DNA of 64,000 bases from Clostridiales bacterium DTU086 (GTDB lineage Bacteria > Bacillota > DTU086). Of the stretch, positions 32,949 through 42,417 are shown piece after piece. The notes under the pieces are model-generated. The model made no database searches. It was not told where the DNA came from and saw only the letters and a list, made by a program, of their open reading frames with translations. The translations under genes were made by a program, and so were the position numbers. The stretch lies in contig LFTO01000038.1 of the NCBI GenBank assembly GCA_001513335.1, positions 20,040 to 84,039 of the forward strand, given 5' to 3'. How positions within the stretch are numbered: the first letter of the stretch is position 1; the number at the start of each line of letters is the position of its first letter.

Positions 32949-35105
32949 TCAGAGTTTTTTCAGGGGCGCGTATTCGGGAAGAAGGTTTTTGATCCCTTTG
33001 TCAGGAAAAGCCACGGTAATGGTATCGCTTCCCCCGGTGCCTACCCCGACCACTGTCCCGGTTCCAAAGATAGTATGGAACACCTTGTCCCCTACGGCAA
33101 AATCTTTCTCCCGGACAATGTTCGCCCGGCTCTCCCTCTCCACCGAAGACACAGCTGAAGGCTCCATGTCACCCTTAAAGTCAACAAGTTCTTCGGGGAT
33201 CTCCCTGAGAAACCTTGAGGGCTCATTTATCAGAGTGTTCCCATATAGTATCCTCTGCCGCGTGTGAGTCATATAAAGCTTTTCCCTTGCCCTGGTCATA
33301 CCCACGTAGCAGAGCCTGCGCTCTTCTTCCGTCTCCGGTTCATTGGAAAGAGACCTGGAATGGGGAAACACTCCTTCTTCCATACCGGCCATAAACACTA
33401 CGGGGAACTCAAGCCCCTTTGCCGTATGCAGGGTCATCAGCACCACACTGCCCCCGCCGTTGGCATAAGTGTCGACTTCGGAAATCAAAGCGATGGTCTC
33501 TAGAAAATTCTCCAGGTTGTTGTTTTCATCCCTGCGGTCATATTCCTGAGTGACACTCAGGAATTCCTGGATGTTTTCTATCCTGGAAAGGGCTTCTTCC
33601 GTATTTTCCGCCTCCAATTCCTGAAGATAGCCTGTGAAGTTCAATATATCCATTACCATTTTGGTAACTGTAACTTTATCCTTCTGCTCCCTCAGCACTT
33701 CAAGGTTCCTGCCGAAACCCAGGATAGCCGCTTTTGTCCGGCCAATATTGGGGATATCTTCAGCTTCCAGAAGCGCCTGGGAAACGGTGATGCCCCGATC
33801 CCTGGCGTACCCCTGGAGGCGGGACCAGGTCACCTGACCGATGCCTCTTCTGGGTACATTGACTATCCGGGCCATGCTGAGGTTGTCCGCAGGGTTGACA
33901 ATTACCCGCAAATAGGCGATAAGGTCCTTGATCTCCCTGCGCTCATAAAATTTCAGGGTCCCCACAATAGTATACGAAATACCTTCCCGTATAAAACATT
34001 CTTCAATTACACGGGATTGGGCATTGGTCCTGTAGAAAACGGCAAATTCATTAAGTGACCGGTTTTCTTCATACTGAAGCCGTTTGATCTCCCCGGCAAT
34101 GAATTCCGCTTCCGCCCTCTCGGACGGGACCAGGCAGATGGTCACCTTGTCACCCTGGACATTTTCAGTCCAGAGGGCCTTGCCTTTCCTCCCCCGGTTG
34201 TTGCGTACCACTTCGTTAGCCGCAGCCAGGATGTTTTTCGTGGACCTGTAGTTCTGCTCTAGTTTAATGACCTTGGCTTCCGGAAAATCCTTTTCAAAGT
34301 CCAGGATATTGTTGATGTCGGCTCCCCGCCACCCGTAAATGGATTGATCGTCATCTCCCACAACGCAAAGGTTCCGGTGGACCTCCGTCAGGAGTTTGAC
34401 AAACATATACTGGGCATGGTTGGTGTCCTGGTACTCGTCCACCAGAACATATTTGAATTTTTCCTGGTAGTACCGGAGGATATCTGAGGATTGACCAAAA
34501 AGGATGACCGTCTGCATGATGAGATCGTCAAAGTCAAGGCAGTTGTTGGCCTTCAACCTTTCCTGGTAGCGGTAATAGATTTCCGCCACCTTGGAGTTAT
34601 AGTACCCGGAGGCTTCCCGGTCGAACATTTCAGGGGTATAGAGCTGGTTTTTTGCCCTAGATATGGTTTCCTGGATAGATCTTGCCGGGAATCTCTTGTC
34701 ATCCAGATTCATCTCTTTAATGATTTCCTGAAGCAGAGACCTCTGGTCTGCCGCATCATAAATGGTGAAGCTGCGTTTGTATCCAAGAAGGTCGATATCC
34801 CTCCGCAGGATTCTGACGCAAGCTGAATGGAAGGTGCTCACCCACATCTGGAAACCAAAATAGCCCACCATTTTCTCCAGCCGTTCTTTCATTTCCCCGG
34901 CAGCCTTATTGGTAAAAGTGATCGCCAGGATATTCTCCGGCGAAACACCTTTTTCCTTAATCAAATAAGCGATCCTGTGAGTCAGGACCCTGGTCTTCCC
35001 GCTTCCGGCTCCCGCAAGAATAAGGAGGGGGCCTTCGGTTGTGGTTACGGCCTCTACCTGCTCTTTGTTTAGTCCCGATAAAATATCTTTTGCTGCATCA
35101 GCCAC
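32949..35105 (-). CDS. pcrA: ATP-dependent DNA helicase PcrA (UvrD family)
   Basis: Walker A 'AGAGSGKT' and UvrD motifs. 718 aa. Conserved pcrA-ligA-gatCAB order. Confidence 0.9.
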   Translation of the reverse strand: MADAAKDILSGLNKEQVEAVTTTEGPLLILAGAGSGKTRVLTHRIAYLIKEKGVSPENILAITFTNKAAGEMKERLEKMVGYFGFQMWVSTFHSACVRILRRDIDLLGYKRSFTIYDAADQRSLLQEIIKEMNLDDKRFPARSIQETISRAKNQLYTPEMFDREASGYYNSKVAEIYYRYQERLKANNCLDFDDLIMQTVILFGQSSDILRYYQEKFKYVLVDEYQDTNHAQYMFVKLLTEVHRNLCVVGDDDQSIYGWRGADINNILDFEKDFPEAKVIKLEQNYRSTKNILAAANEVVRNNRGRKGKALWTENVQGDKVTICLVPSERAEAEFIAGEIKRLQYEENRSLNEFAVFYRTNAQSRVIEECFIREGISYTIVGTLKFYERREIKDLIAYLRVIVNPADNLSMARIVNVPRRGIGQVTWSRLQGYARDRGITVSQALLEAEDIPNIGRTKAAILGFGRNLEVLREQKDKVTVTKMVMDILNFTGYLQELEAENTEEALSRIENIQEFLSVTQEYDRRDENNNLENFLETIALISEVDTYANGGGSVVLMTLHTAKGLEFPVVFMAGMEEGVFPHSRSLSNEPETEEERRLCYVGMTRAREKLYMTHTRQRILYGNTLINEPSRFLREIPEELVDFKGDMEPSAVSSVERESRANIVREKDFAVGDKVFHTIFGTGTVVGVGTGGSDTITVAFPDKGIKNLLPEYAPLKKL

Positions 35106-35210
35106 AAACGTCGCTCCTTACCTGTAAGATACCATATAACTTCTTTCTTTAGTTTTTATTTCCTCCAATCCTTTTGGTTTATGCATTTGTCCCTTCCGAA
35201 AACCCACACG

Positions 35211-35240
35211 TTGAAAAAAAGAAAAAAGCCCTGAGGCTTT
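35211..35240 (-). terminator. Intrinsic terminator (minus strand)
   Basis: AAGCC-ctga-GGCTT hairpin followed by a U-run on the minus strand. Confidence 0.5.
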
Positions 35241-35324
35241 GATTTCAATTATTAAATCTTGTCTGCACTTTTTAACCGGTCCGGGTTAAGTTAATGTTGA
35301 ATTATCAAATATATGTTTTCAAAA

Positions 35325-35517
35325 TTATTCGTTAACACATTCTCCTTTTGATAAACGAGAAATCTCACTTGGAGTAAGTGGAAAAACATTTGTCCCTTTT
35401 CGAATATAATATCGTTCATCTTTTGTATATTGATATATAGTTTTTCGATCCCAAGGTTTTACTCGTATTACTATTACTGGAGTATTAAGAATAGATACAT
35501 ATAATGCTCCCATAAGT
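35325..35517 (-). pseudogene. C-terminal remnant of an AlbA_2/Schlafen-like (divergent AAA) domain gene, abutting the IS3 left end
   Basis: 'VIVIRVKPWDRK…YYIRKGTNVFPLTPSEISRL' resembles the C-terminal third of an AlbA_2 domain. No N-terminal portion is found on either side of the IS. The apparent GTG start lies inside the IS terminal repeat. Confidence 0.4.
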
Positions 35518-35556
35518 TGAGACACTTTTTCGGAACAAATAAGCTAAAATGGAGAC

Positions 35557-35850
35557 ATGGAAAAGAGAAACCGTTACACAGCAGAATTTAAAGCAAAAAT
35601 AGTTCTTGAGCTTTTGCAGGAGGAAGCTACCTTAAGTCAGGTTGCCTCCAAGTATCAGTTAAATCCTCAAATGCTCAGCCAGTGGAAGAGCGATTTTGTT
35701 AAAAATGCTTTCGTCGTCTTTGAGAGAAATAAAAATGAGGCCGGTAAACTCCGGAAGGAGATGGCAGAAAAAGAATCCCGGTATCAGCAGATCATTGGCC
35801 AGCAATCTTATGAGATTGAATGGCTCAAAAAAAAATCTGGCCTCAAATAA
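35557..35850 (+). CDS. IS3-family transposase OrfA (HTH)
   Basis: 'RYTAEFKAKIVLELL…LSQVASKYQLNPQMLSQWK' is an IS3/IS911 HTH. It ends just after the slippery AAAAAAAAA. Confidence 0.8.
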   Translation: MEKRNRYTAEFKAKIVLELLQEEATLSQVASKYQLNPQMLSQWKSDFVKNAFVVFERNKNEAGKLRKEMAEKESRYQQIIGQQSYEIEWLKKKSGLK

Positions 35851-36706
35851 GACTCTTGAAGCTCGTAGAGCAATGGCAGAGCGTCAAAACAAACGTATTA
35901 GTTCAACACGCCAGGCAGAACTGTTAAGCATAAACCGGACTAGTATCTACAGGGAACCGGTTACTAAAACATGGTCTGAGCTTGACCTTAAGGATATGCG
36001 GCTTATTGATGAGATATATACAGCGAACCCAACATACGGGTATCGCAGGATTACAGCAGCAATGAACCTGCGGGGCAGGCATATCAACCGGAAACGTGTC
36101 CGGAGGTTAATGAGAATTATGGGTCTTCATGGGATATGCCCCGGACCAAACTTGAGCAAGCGGCTGCATCCCAAGTATATACATCCTTACCTCTTAAGGG
36201 GACTAAAGATCACCCATCCTGATCAGGTGTGGGCAGTGGACATTACATATATCCGCATGCAGCAAGGCTTCATGTACTTATTTATTATCATTGATCTCTA
36301 CAGCCGTTACATTGTGGATTACCAGCTCAGCACCACCTTGGACAGGCACTTTGTGCTGGACTGCTTAAAACGGGCATTTACGAAAGGCAAGCCGGAAATC
36401 ATCAACAGCGATCAAGGTGGCCAATTTACAAATAAAGATTACGTTAAACTGCTTCAAAGTGAAAAGATCAGAATATCTATGGATGGAAAGGGACGTGCCC
36501 TGGACAACATTATTGCAGAGAGATTTTTCAGAACCCTAAAGTACGAAGACATTTATCTGAACGAGTATATCACCCCCAAGGCCTTGCGGAAAGGACTGAA
36601 AAGATTCATCAACTACTACAACCATGAACGCCTTCATCAATCTCTAGGTTACACTCCGCCGGCTGATCATTACCAAGCCGTGCTGGTGGACAAAAAAGCA
36701 TGTTAA
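35826..36706 (+). CDS. IS3-family transposase OrfB (DDE integrase core), expressed as an OrfAB fusion by -1 frameshift at ~35826-35834
   Basis: DDE triad context 'WAVDITYI', 'INSDQGGQFT', 'DNIIAERFFRTLKYE'. rve domain. Confidence 0.75.
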
Positions 36707-37113
36707 AAAAGGAGGACAGCATTAGCTTATTTTTCGAGTAAATCTGTCTTGACAATGGGGGGCACTATACAACGGAGTTAAAAATGTTTTTTCCCTCTTT
36801 CCGGCTTTCGGGTGTGAAAGACAAAACCAGTAGCAGTATTCTGTAACCATTTGCTTTTCTTTTTCATTGATTAAATTTCGTTTATTTTCTATCTATTTCA
36901 AACGAAAACTAAATATCTGATAAAGAAAAAAACAATATTGGAAAGATCATAAAAAAACTGGCAGGAACCTAAACATGAAATTATGGCAAGTAATTGCCCG
37001 GAACAAATGGGAGTAAAAAAAGGAGTGGCTCAAACTATTTAAAGCATAAAAAATACCCTGCCGGAAGGCACGGTATAAGTTGGAGCCTGTTTGTTGTTTA
37101 TATTTTGGTTAGG

Positions 37114-37272
37114 TCATAGTTTTTTTCGTTTTTCTTCTTTTGAAGAACGAGACCGGACATTATCGACTCTGCTGAGGACCCTGCTGTCTGCGCCGAAAAT
37201 TATTCCTGTATCTTTCTTTTCCTCATCTTCTCTTTCCACTTTAGCCCTGAAGGTATCACTAGTATCCGGCAT
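37114..37272 (-). CDS. Candidate small charged protein (52 aa), hypothetical
   Basis: Hand-read ORF MPDTSDTFRAKVEREDEEKKDTGIIFGADSRVLSRVDNVRSRSSKEEKRKKL. The antisense plus-strand ORF is S/L/F-rich low complexity. Weak RBS. Confidence 0.25.
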   Translation of the reverse strand: MPDTSDTFRAKVEREDEEKKDTGIIFGADSRVLSRVDNVRSRSSKEEKRKKL

Positions 37273-37493
37273 CACATGCTTGTCTTTTTCCAATGACTTT
37301 CACCTCCATACCTTTATTATGGAGTTTACAGCCATGTAATTATGCCGGAAGAAAAATATATTTCTCTCTTACAACTTGAAGATGGAATTGCCGCCCGCAA
37401 TAAATGGAGGGAAAACCCTGGAATCCAGAAAGCCTTGGGCTTTTCGAATTTTTCTTTTCGGAGGAAAAACGGCAATTCCACCTCCTAAAACGG

Positions 37494-38141
37494 TTATCTC
37501 CGTTTTGCTAGCTCTTCCAGTACATCCTCCGGCTTCATGCCGTGATGGACCAAAAGAACCATACAGTGATACATAAGATCAGCCATTTCATATCTAATCT
37601 CCTCGGGTGAATCGTTTTTCGAGCCAATGATCACTTCTGTTGCTTCCTCACCGACTTTTTTCAATATCTTATCCCGGCCCTCATTGAACAAATAGGTGGT
37701 GTAGCTTCCTTCGGGCCGCTGTTCATATCTCTCTCTGATAACCTGGTAGAGTTCGCTAACAATATTTTTTGCTTTTTGTTGGGGAAGCAATGCAGGGTCT
37801 GCGGCAGCCTGGTTGAAAAAACAGGAATGGGCCCCTGTATGGCATGCGTTTCCCTGCTGTATCACCTTGATCAACAGAGCATCAGCGTCACAGTCATAGT
37901 CGATACTCACAACTTCCTGAAAATCACCTGAAGTCTCCCCTTTGACCCACAACTGCTGCCGGCTGCGGCTGAAAAAGCAGGTCCTTCCCGTTTGCAGAGT
38001 CCTTTCCAGTGACTCCTTGTTCATGTACGCCAGCATTAGCACCTGGCCGGTTGCTTCCTCCTGGACGATCGCCGGAATCAAACCCTGGCTGTCATATTTG
38101 AGATCATCAGTAAAACCCGGCAGGGATTCCTGTAAAGGCAT
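37494..38141 (-). CDS. hisI: Bifunctional phosphoribosyl-AMP cyclohydrolase / phosphoribosyl-ATP pyrophosphatase
   Basis: HisI 'WVKGETSG…C…D' and a HisE C-terminal half. Confidence 0.9.
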   Translation of the reverse strand: MPLQESLPGFTDDLKYDSQGLIPAIVQEEATGQVLMLAYMNKESLERTLQTGRTCFFSRSRQQLWVKGETSGDFQEVVSIDYDCDADALLIKVIQQGNACHTGAHSCFFNQAAADPALLPQQKAKNIVSELYQVIRERYEQRPEGSYTTYLFNEGRDKILKKVGEEATEVIIGSKNDSPEEIRYEMADLMYHCMVLLVHHGMKPEDVLEELAKRR

Positions 38142-38893
38142 TATCTGACCACCACCCCGTTATTCCTTAAGAATTCTTTGGCTTCCGCAATAGTATGTTT
38201 CTTGTAATGGAAAATGGAAGCTGCCAATACAGCATCGGCTTTCCCTATTGTCACCCCTTCCAGCAGGTGCTGCAGGTTTCCTGCTCCGCCGGAAGCGATC
38301 ACGGGGATATTCACTGCTTCGCTGACAGCAGCAGTGATCTCCAGATCATACCCGTCATTGGTACCGTCCCTGTCCATACTTGTCAGGAGAATCTCCCCCG
38401 CTCCCAGCTCTTCCACCTGTTTGACCCAGGCGATAGCTTCCAAGCCTGTTGGTGTCCTGCCACCATGGGTATACACTTCCCAGGTATCACCCGTTCTCTT
38501 GACATCCACCGCCACCACGATACACTGGGAACCAAAAACTCTTGCCGCCTCCCTGACCAGAGCCGGATCCTTGACGGCGGCCGTATTGAGGGAGATCTTG
38601 TCTGCTCCCGCTTTCAGCAATTCCCGGATATCCTGGATGCTTGAAATCCCGCCTCCCACCGTCAGGGGGATAAAGACTTCCTTGGCTGTTTTTCTCACAA
38701 CATCCACGATGGTTTTCCTCTGTTCATAAGAAGCGGTAATGTCCAGGAAAACCAGTTCATCTGCACCCTCACGGTCATAATAGGCCGCGAGCTCTACAGG
38801 GTCCCCCGCGTCTTTCAGGTTGATAAAATTTGTGCCCTTTACTACCCTGCCCTGGGCAACATCCAGGCAGGGAATTATCCTTTTCGCCACCAT
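38141..38893 (-). CDS. hisF: Imidazole glycerol phosphate synthase cyclase subunit
   Basis: 'RIIPCLDV', (beta/alpha)8 motifs. 250 aa. Confidence 0.95.
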   Translation of the reverse strand: MVAKRIIPCLDVAQGRVVKGTNFINLKDAGDPVELAAYYDREGADELVFLDITASYEQRKTIVDVVRKTAKEVFIPLTVGGGISSIQDIRELLKAGADKISLNTAAVKDPALVREAARVFGSQCIVVAVDVKRTGDTWEVYTHGGRTPTGLEAIAWVKQVEELGAGEILLTSMDRDGTNDGYDLEITAAVSEAVNIPVIASGGAGNLQHLLEGVTIGKADAVLAASIFHYKKHTIAEAKEFLRNNGVVVR

Positions 38894-38894
38894 C

Positions 38895-39629
38895 TCAATG
38901 ACCCCCGATCTCCAGAGCTTCCTCCAATTCGATGCTTTTACTGTACAGCGACTTTCCGATGATTACTCCTTCCATATTGGGATAGTACAGAGCCAGCAGC
39001 GCCAACTCTCTGATGTCATCTATACTGGAAATACCCCCTGAAACGATTATTTTCAAATCAGAGGCGGCCTCCAAAAACCAGGCAATGTCATCCAGGTCAG
39101 GCCCGGTCAAAGTCCCGTCTCTGGAAGTATCGGTGTAGATCACTCTCCTTACACCTTTCTCAGTAATGTTTTCGACAAAATCCAGGACCCTGCTGGAAGC
39201 CATATCTTTCCACCCGTCAACGGCCACCTTGCCCTGTTTGTTGTCTACTCCTACCGCAATTCTTTCTCCGAACCGGGCAACGGCACTCTCAAGTAGTTGA
39301 GGGTCGGACACTGCGGCGGTCCCCAGGATGACCCGGTCGATGCCCATATCCAAATAGTCTTCTATAGCCTTCAGGGTACGGATGCCTCCCCCTACCTCCA
39401 GGGGAACTGATACCCTTTCCCTTATTGCCCGGATGACCGGCAGGTTTTTTGGTTCTCCGGCAAAAGCCCCGTCCAGATCCACCAGGTGAAGCATCGGGGC
39501 ACCCTTTTCCTCCCAAAGCTGTGCAATTTCCGCCGGGTTATCCGAATACACTGTCTCTTCTTCGAGCCGTCCCTTTACCAGGCGGACACATTTACCTCCC
39601 CGGATATCGATTGCAGGAATTATCAGCAC
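38895..39629 (-). CDS. hisA: ProFAR isomerase
   Basis: 'MLIIPAIDI…GG' HisA motifs. Confidence 0.9.
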   Translation of the reverse strand: MLIIPAIDIRGGKCVRLVKGRLEEETVYSDNPAEIAQLWEEKGAPMLHLVDLDGAFAGEPKNLPVIRAIRERVSVPLEVGGGIRTLKAIEDYLDMGIDRVILGTAAVSDPQLLESAVARFGERIAVGVDNKQGKVAVDGWKDMASSRVLDFVENITEKGVRRVIYTDTSRDGTLTGPDLDDIAWFLEAASDLKIIVSGGISSIDDIRELALLALYYPNMEGVIIGKSLYSKSIELEEALEIGGH

Positions 39630-39847
39630 CTACCACCATCTCCCCAAAATTTTTCAGTATTATCAGCCCTCTTGCTTTTTTCCAGGTAAAACTGGACAAC
39701 GTGAACGTTTCCTTTATTCACCATAGAGGTAAAGCTACAACCATAGCTTGTAGTTGCAGTTCCTATTTCCTTGTCCTCCGGGTCCACGTAATGTGAATGG
39801 ACAAAGTAAAAAAGGCTTTGTCGCCTACTCCCCGCGGCAGGGGACAA
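39623..39847 (-). pseudogene. hisH: hisH remnant: only the C-terminal ~70 codons of the glutamine amidotransferase subunit; the 5' ~380 bp are deleted
   Basis: 'FYFVHSHYV…SYGCSF…VVQFYLEKS' aligns to the HisH C-terminus (YFVHSYY…DYG.SF…G.QFHPEKS). Only 237 bp separate hisB and hisA, whereas an intact hisH needs ~600 bp. The catalytic His-Pro-Glu is replaced by Tyr-Leu-Glu. Confidence 0.7.
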
Positions 39848-39866
39848 CTGTTATTAAATATACCTG

Positions 39867-40445
39867 TTAGATCAATCCCTTAGTGGAAGGAATACCCGTG
39901 CCGGTTAAGGCAGCAGCCTCCTTTAGGGCACGTCCGAAAGCCTTAAAAACCGCCTCTATGATATGGTGAGAATTTTTTCCCTGGAGCAACCGGATATGAA
40001 GAGTAAGCCCACCGTGGATGGAAACAGCCCGGAAAAATTCCTCGGCTAGTTCAACATCAAAGGTGCCAACTTTTTCATTTGTAACGGGAACGTCATAACT
40101 CAAAAAGGGGCGGCCGCTGATATCCAATACTGCCATAGCCAAAGCCTCATCCATGGGAATCCAGGCTGCCCCGTACCTGTTTATCCCCTCCCTGGTGCCC
40201 AAAGCCTCATCGATGCACTTACCCAGGCAGATGCCCACATCCTCAACAGTATGGTGGCTGTCTACTTCCAAGTCCCCCTGGGCATCAACGAAAAGATTAA
40301 AAGCACCGTGATATGTAAAAAGCTGCAGCATGTGGTCCATAAAAGGGATACCTGTCCCCCCCCTGAACTTTCCGCTCCCATCAAGATTTAACTCCATCAA
40401 TACTCTCGTTTCCGTCGTGCTCCGTTCAATCTTGGCCATTCTCAT
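39867..40445 (-). CDS. hisB: Imidazoleglycerol-phosphate dehydratase
   Basis: 'TTETRV…LNLDG', 'DTGIGFLDHML', 'DxHH' motifs. Confidence 0.9.
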   Translation of the reverse strand: MRMAKIERSTTETRVLMELNLDGSGKFRGGTGIPFMDHMLQLFTYHGAFNLFVDAQGDLEVDSHHTVEDVGICLGKCIDEALGTREGINRYGAAWIPMDEALAMAVLDISGRPFLSYDVPVTNEKVGTFDVELAEEFFRAVSIHGGLTLHIRLLQGKNSHHIIEAVFKAFGRALKEAAALTGTGIPSTKGLI

Positions 40446-40451
40446 ACCCTT

Positions 40452-41738
40452 CTATCCCCTCTCTCGCCGAACCCTTACAGCGTTAGCATGAGCCTCCAGC
40501 CCCTCAATTTCCGCAAGCAGTTCAATATCCCGGGCACTTTGGAGGAGCCTTTCCCGGGAATATGATATTAGACTTGTGCTCTTGATAAAATCTTCCACAC
40601 CTAAGGGAGAAGCATAAACAGCCGTTCCCCCTGTGGGAAGGATGTGGTTAGTCCCACCAAAATAATCCCCCACCGGCTCCGGTGTATAAGGTCCGAGAAA
40701 AACAGAACCTGCAGCTTGGATTCTGGATACTATGGACGTGGGGTCTTCAACAATAACTTCCAGGTGCTCCGGAGCATATTCGTTGGCAGCTTCAATGGCT
40801 TGTTGGATTGTATCAGTAATTAGAATAAGTCCATTATTCATTAAACTTTTCCGGGCAATTTCTTCTCTTGGCAGCCCCTTTAACTGTACAGCCAATTCAG
40901 CTTTAACTGCTGCGGCAAGTTCTGCATCAGGAGTAGCCAGAATTGAAGCTGAGTTTACGTCATGTTCCGCTTGAGACAGCATATCAGCAGCAATATACCT
41001 TGCATATTCTACGCCGGAAGCAACAATGAATATCTCGCTGGGACCTGCCAGCATATCAATATCCACTTCACCGTAAAGGAGCTTTTTAGCTGCAGTAACA
41101 TATATGTTCCCCGGACCGGTAATTTTGACTACAGGCTTGATACTCTCTGACCCAACAGCCAGCGCTGCAATTGCCTGGGCACCTCCTAACTTGTAAATTT
41201 CAGTAATTCCCAGCTCGCCGGCGGCTGCCAGGGAATACGGGGACAGTTTGCCTGATTTATCCGGGGGAGAAACCATTACTATTTCCTTTACACCGGCAAC
41301 CTGGGCGGGGATCGCGTTCATCAATACAGATGACGGATAGGCGGCAGTCCCGCCCGGCACATAAATTCCTACCCTGGATAAAGGACGAACCAACCTGCCC
41401 CACACCAGTCCTTCAACATCACAGTCGATCCAGGAAAAAGTCTTTTGACGCTCATGGTACCTGCGGATGTTCTCCGCCGCCCGGTGGAGGGAACTGATAA
41501 ATTCAGGTTCCACTGACTTCCGGGCTGCCGTAATTTCTTCTAGAGAAACCTTCAAGCCTGTTTTCCTTAAATCTGCCCCGTCATATTTTTGGGTAAATTC
41601 ATAGAGGGCTTCATCGCCGCGGCAGCAGACATTTTCAATGATATCTCCTACCTGTTCAGATACATTTTTAAGTATTGAATTTACAGACTTTCTTAACATT
41701 CTCAGGTTTATATCGCTATATTTTTTAGTCTTAATCAT
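40452..41738 (-). CDS. hisD: Histidinol dehydrogenase
   Basis: Zn/NAD-binding HisD motifs. 428 aa. Confidence 0.9.
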   Translation of the reverse strand: MIKTKKYSDINLRMLRKSVNSILKNVSEQVGDIIENVCCRGDEALYEFTQKYDGADLRKTGLKVSLEEITAARKSVEPEFISSLHRAAENIRRYHERQKTFSWIDCDVEGLVWGRLVRPLSRVGIYVPGGTAAYPSSVLMNAIPAQVAGVKEIVMVSPPDKSGKLSPYSLAAAGELGITEIYKLGGAQAIAALAVGSESIKPVVKITGPGNIYVTAAKKLLYGEVDIDMLAGPSEIFIVASGVEYARYIAADMLSQAEHDVNSASILATPDAELAAAVKAELAVQLKGLPREEIARKSLMNNGLILITDTIQQAIEAANEYAPEHLEVIVEDPTSIVSRIQAAGSVFLGPYTPEPVGDYFGGTNHILPTGGTAVYASPLGVEDFIKSTSLISYSRERLLQSARDIELLAEIEGLEAHANAVRVRRERG

Positions 41739-42414
41739 TTTTGTCCTCCGCTAATATTTTTCTTATGTCCCCAATAAGCTCTTGAATACGGTGATACTTT
41801 AGTTTATAACTAACCCTGTTAGCAATTACCCTTGCGGTGGCTTCAAAAATTTCATCTACAGCAACCAGATCGTTCTCCCTGAGAGTTTTCCCCGTTGAAA
41901 CAATATCTACAATTCCTTCCGAAAGCCCAACAAGGGGTGCCAGCTCTATATTCCCATGGAGGGGAATAATCTCCGCCTGAACCCCAAGACTCTGCAAGTA
42001 TTTTGAAGCCACTTTCGGAAACTTCGTTGCTATTCTAAGATGAGGGAAATGGGACAGGATCTTTTCTACTCTTTTTCCCTCGTACCCCATGGAATTTAAG
42101 GCAGAACGTGGAAGAGCCAGGACAAAGGTACACTTTCCGAAGCCTAAATCCAATAATTCAAAAAGGTTCTTTTCAGCCTCTTCAATGGTATCCTTTCCCA
42201 CAATGCCAATATCCGCTGCACCGTATTCCACATATGTAGGGATATCAGTTGGCCGGCAAATTATGTATTTTACCTGCTCCTTCTCACATTCTATAAGAAG
42301 TTTTCTGGATTCATCCGATACTCCATCTGTAGGAAGCCCCGCTTTCGCCAATAAATCAAGAGCTTCCAACCCCAGTTTGCCCTTCGGCAGTGCAATAGTC
42401 AGCATGCTGCTCAT
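41731..42414 (-). CDS. hisG: ATP phosphoribosyltransferase, short form (HisGs)
   Basis: 'LTIALPKGKL' with no C-terminal regulatory domain. 227 aa. Confidence 0.9.
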   Translation of the reverse strand: MSSMLTIALPKGKLGLEALDLLAKAGLPTDGVSDESRKLLIECEKEQVKYIICRPTDIPTYVEYGAADIGIVGKDTIEEAEKNLFELLDLGFGKCTFVLALPRSALNSMGYEGKRVEKILSHFPHLRIATKFPKVASKYLQSLGVQAEIIPLHGNIELAPLVGLSEGIVDIVSTGKTLRENDLVAVDEIFEATARVIANRVSYKLKYHRIQELIGDIRKILAEDKND

Positions 42415-42417
42415 ATT

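Larger units (their letters stand above)
35518..36754 (+). mobile_element. IS3-family insertion sequence (~1.24 kb) with imperfect terminal inverted repeats
   Basis: Left end TGAGACACTTTTTCGGAACAAATAAGCT. The reverse complement of the right end is TGTCAAGACAGATTTACTCGAAAAATAAGCT. orfA/orfB overlap with an A-AAA-AAA slippery site. Confidence 0.7.

Noticed and set aside
35515-36760. Target-site duplication of the IS3 element
   Set aside because: The flanks (…CATAAGT | TGAGACA … TTGACA | ATGGGG…) do not give an unambiguous 3-4 bp direct repeat. The ends may be offset by 1-2 bp, or the insertion was followed by an adjacent deletion.
37091-37576. Plus-strand ORFs 37091-37339 and 37376-37576
   Set aside because: Their products are low-complexity S/L/F-rich, with no RBS. 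They are antisense to a more plausible charged small ORF and to the hisIE 3' end.
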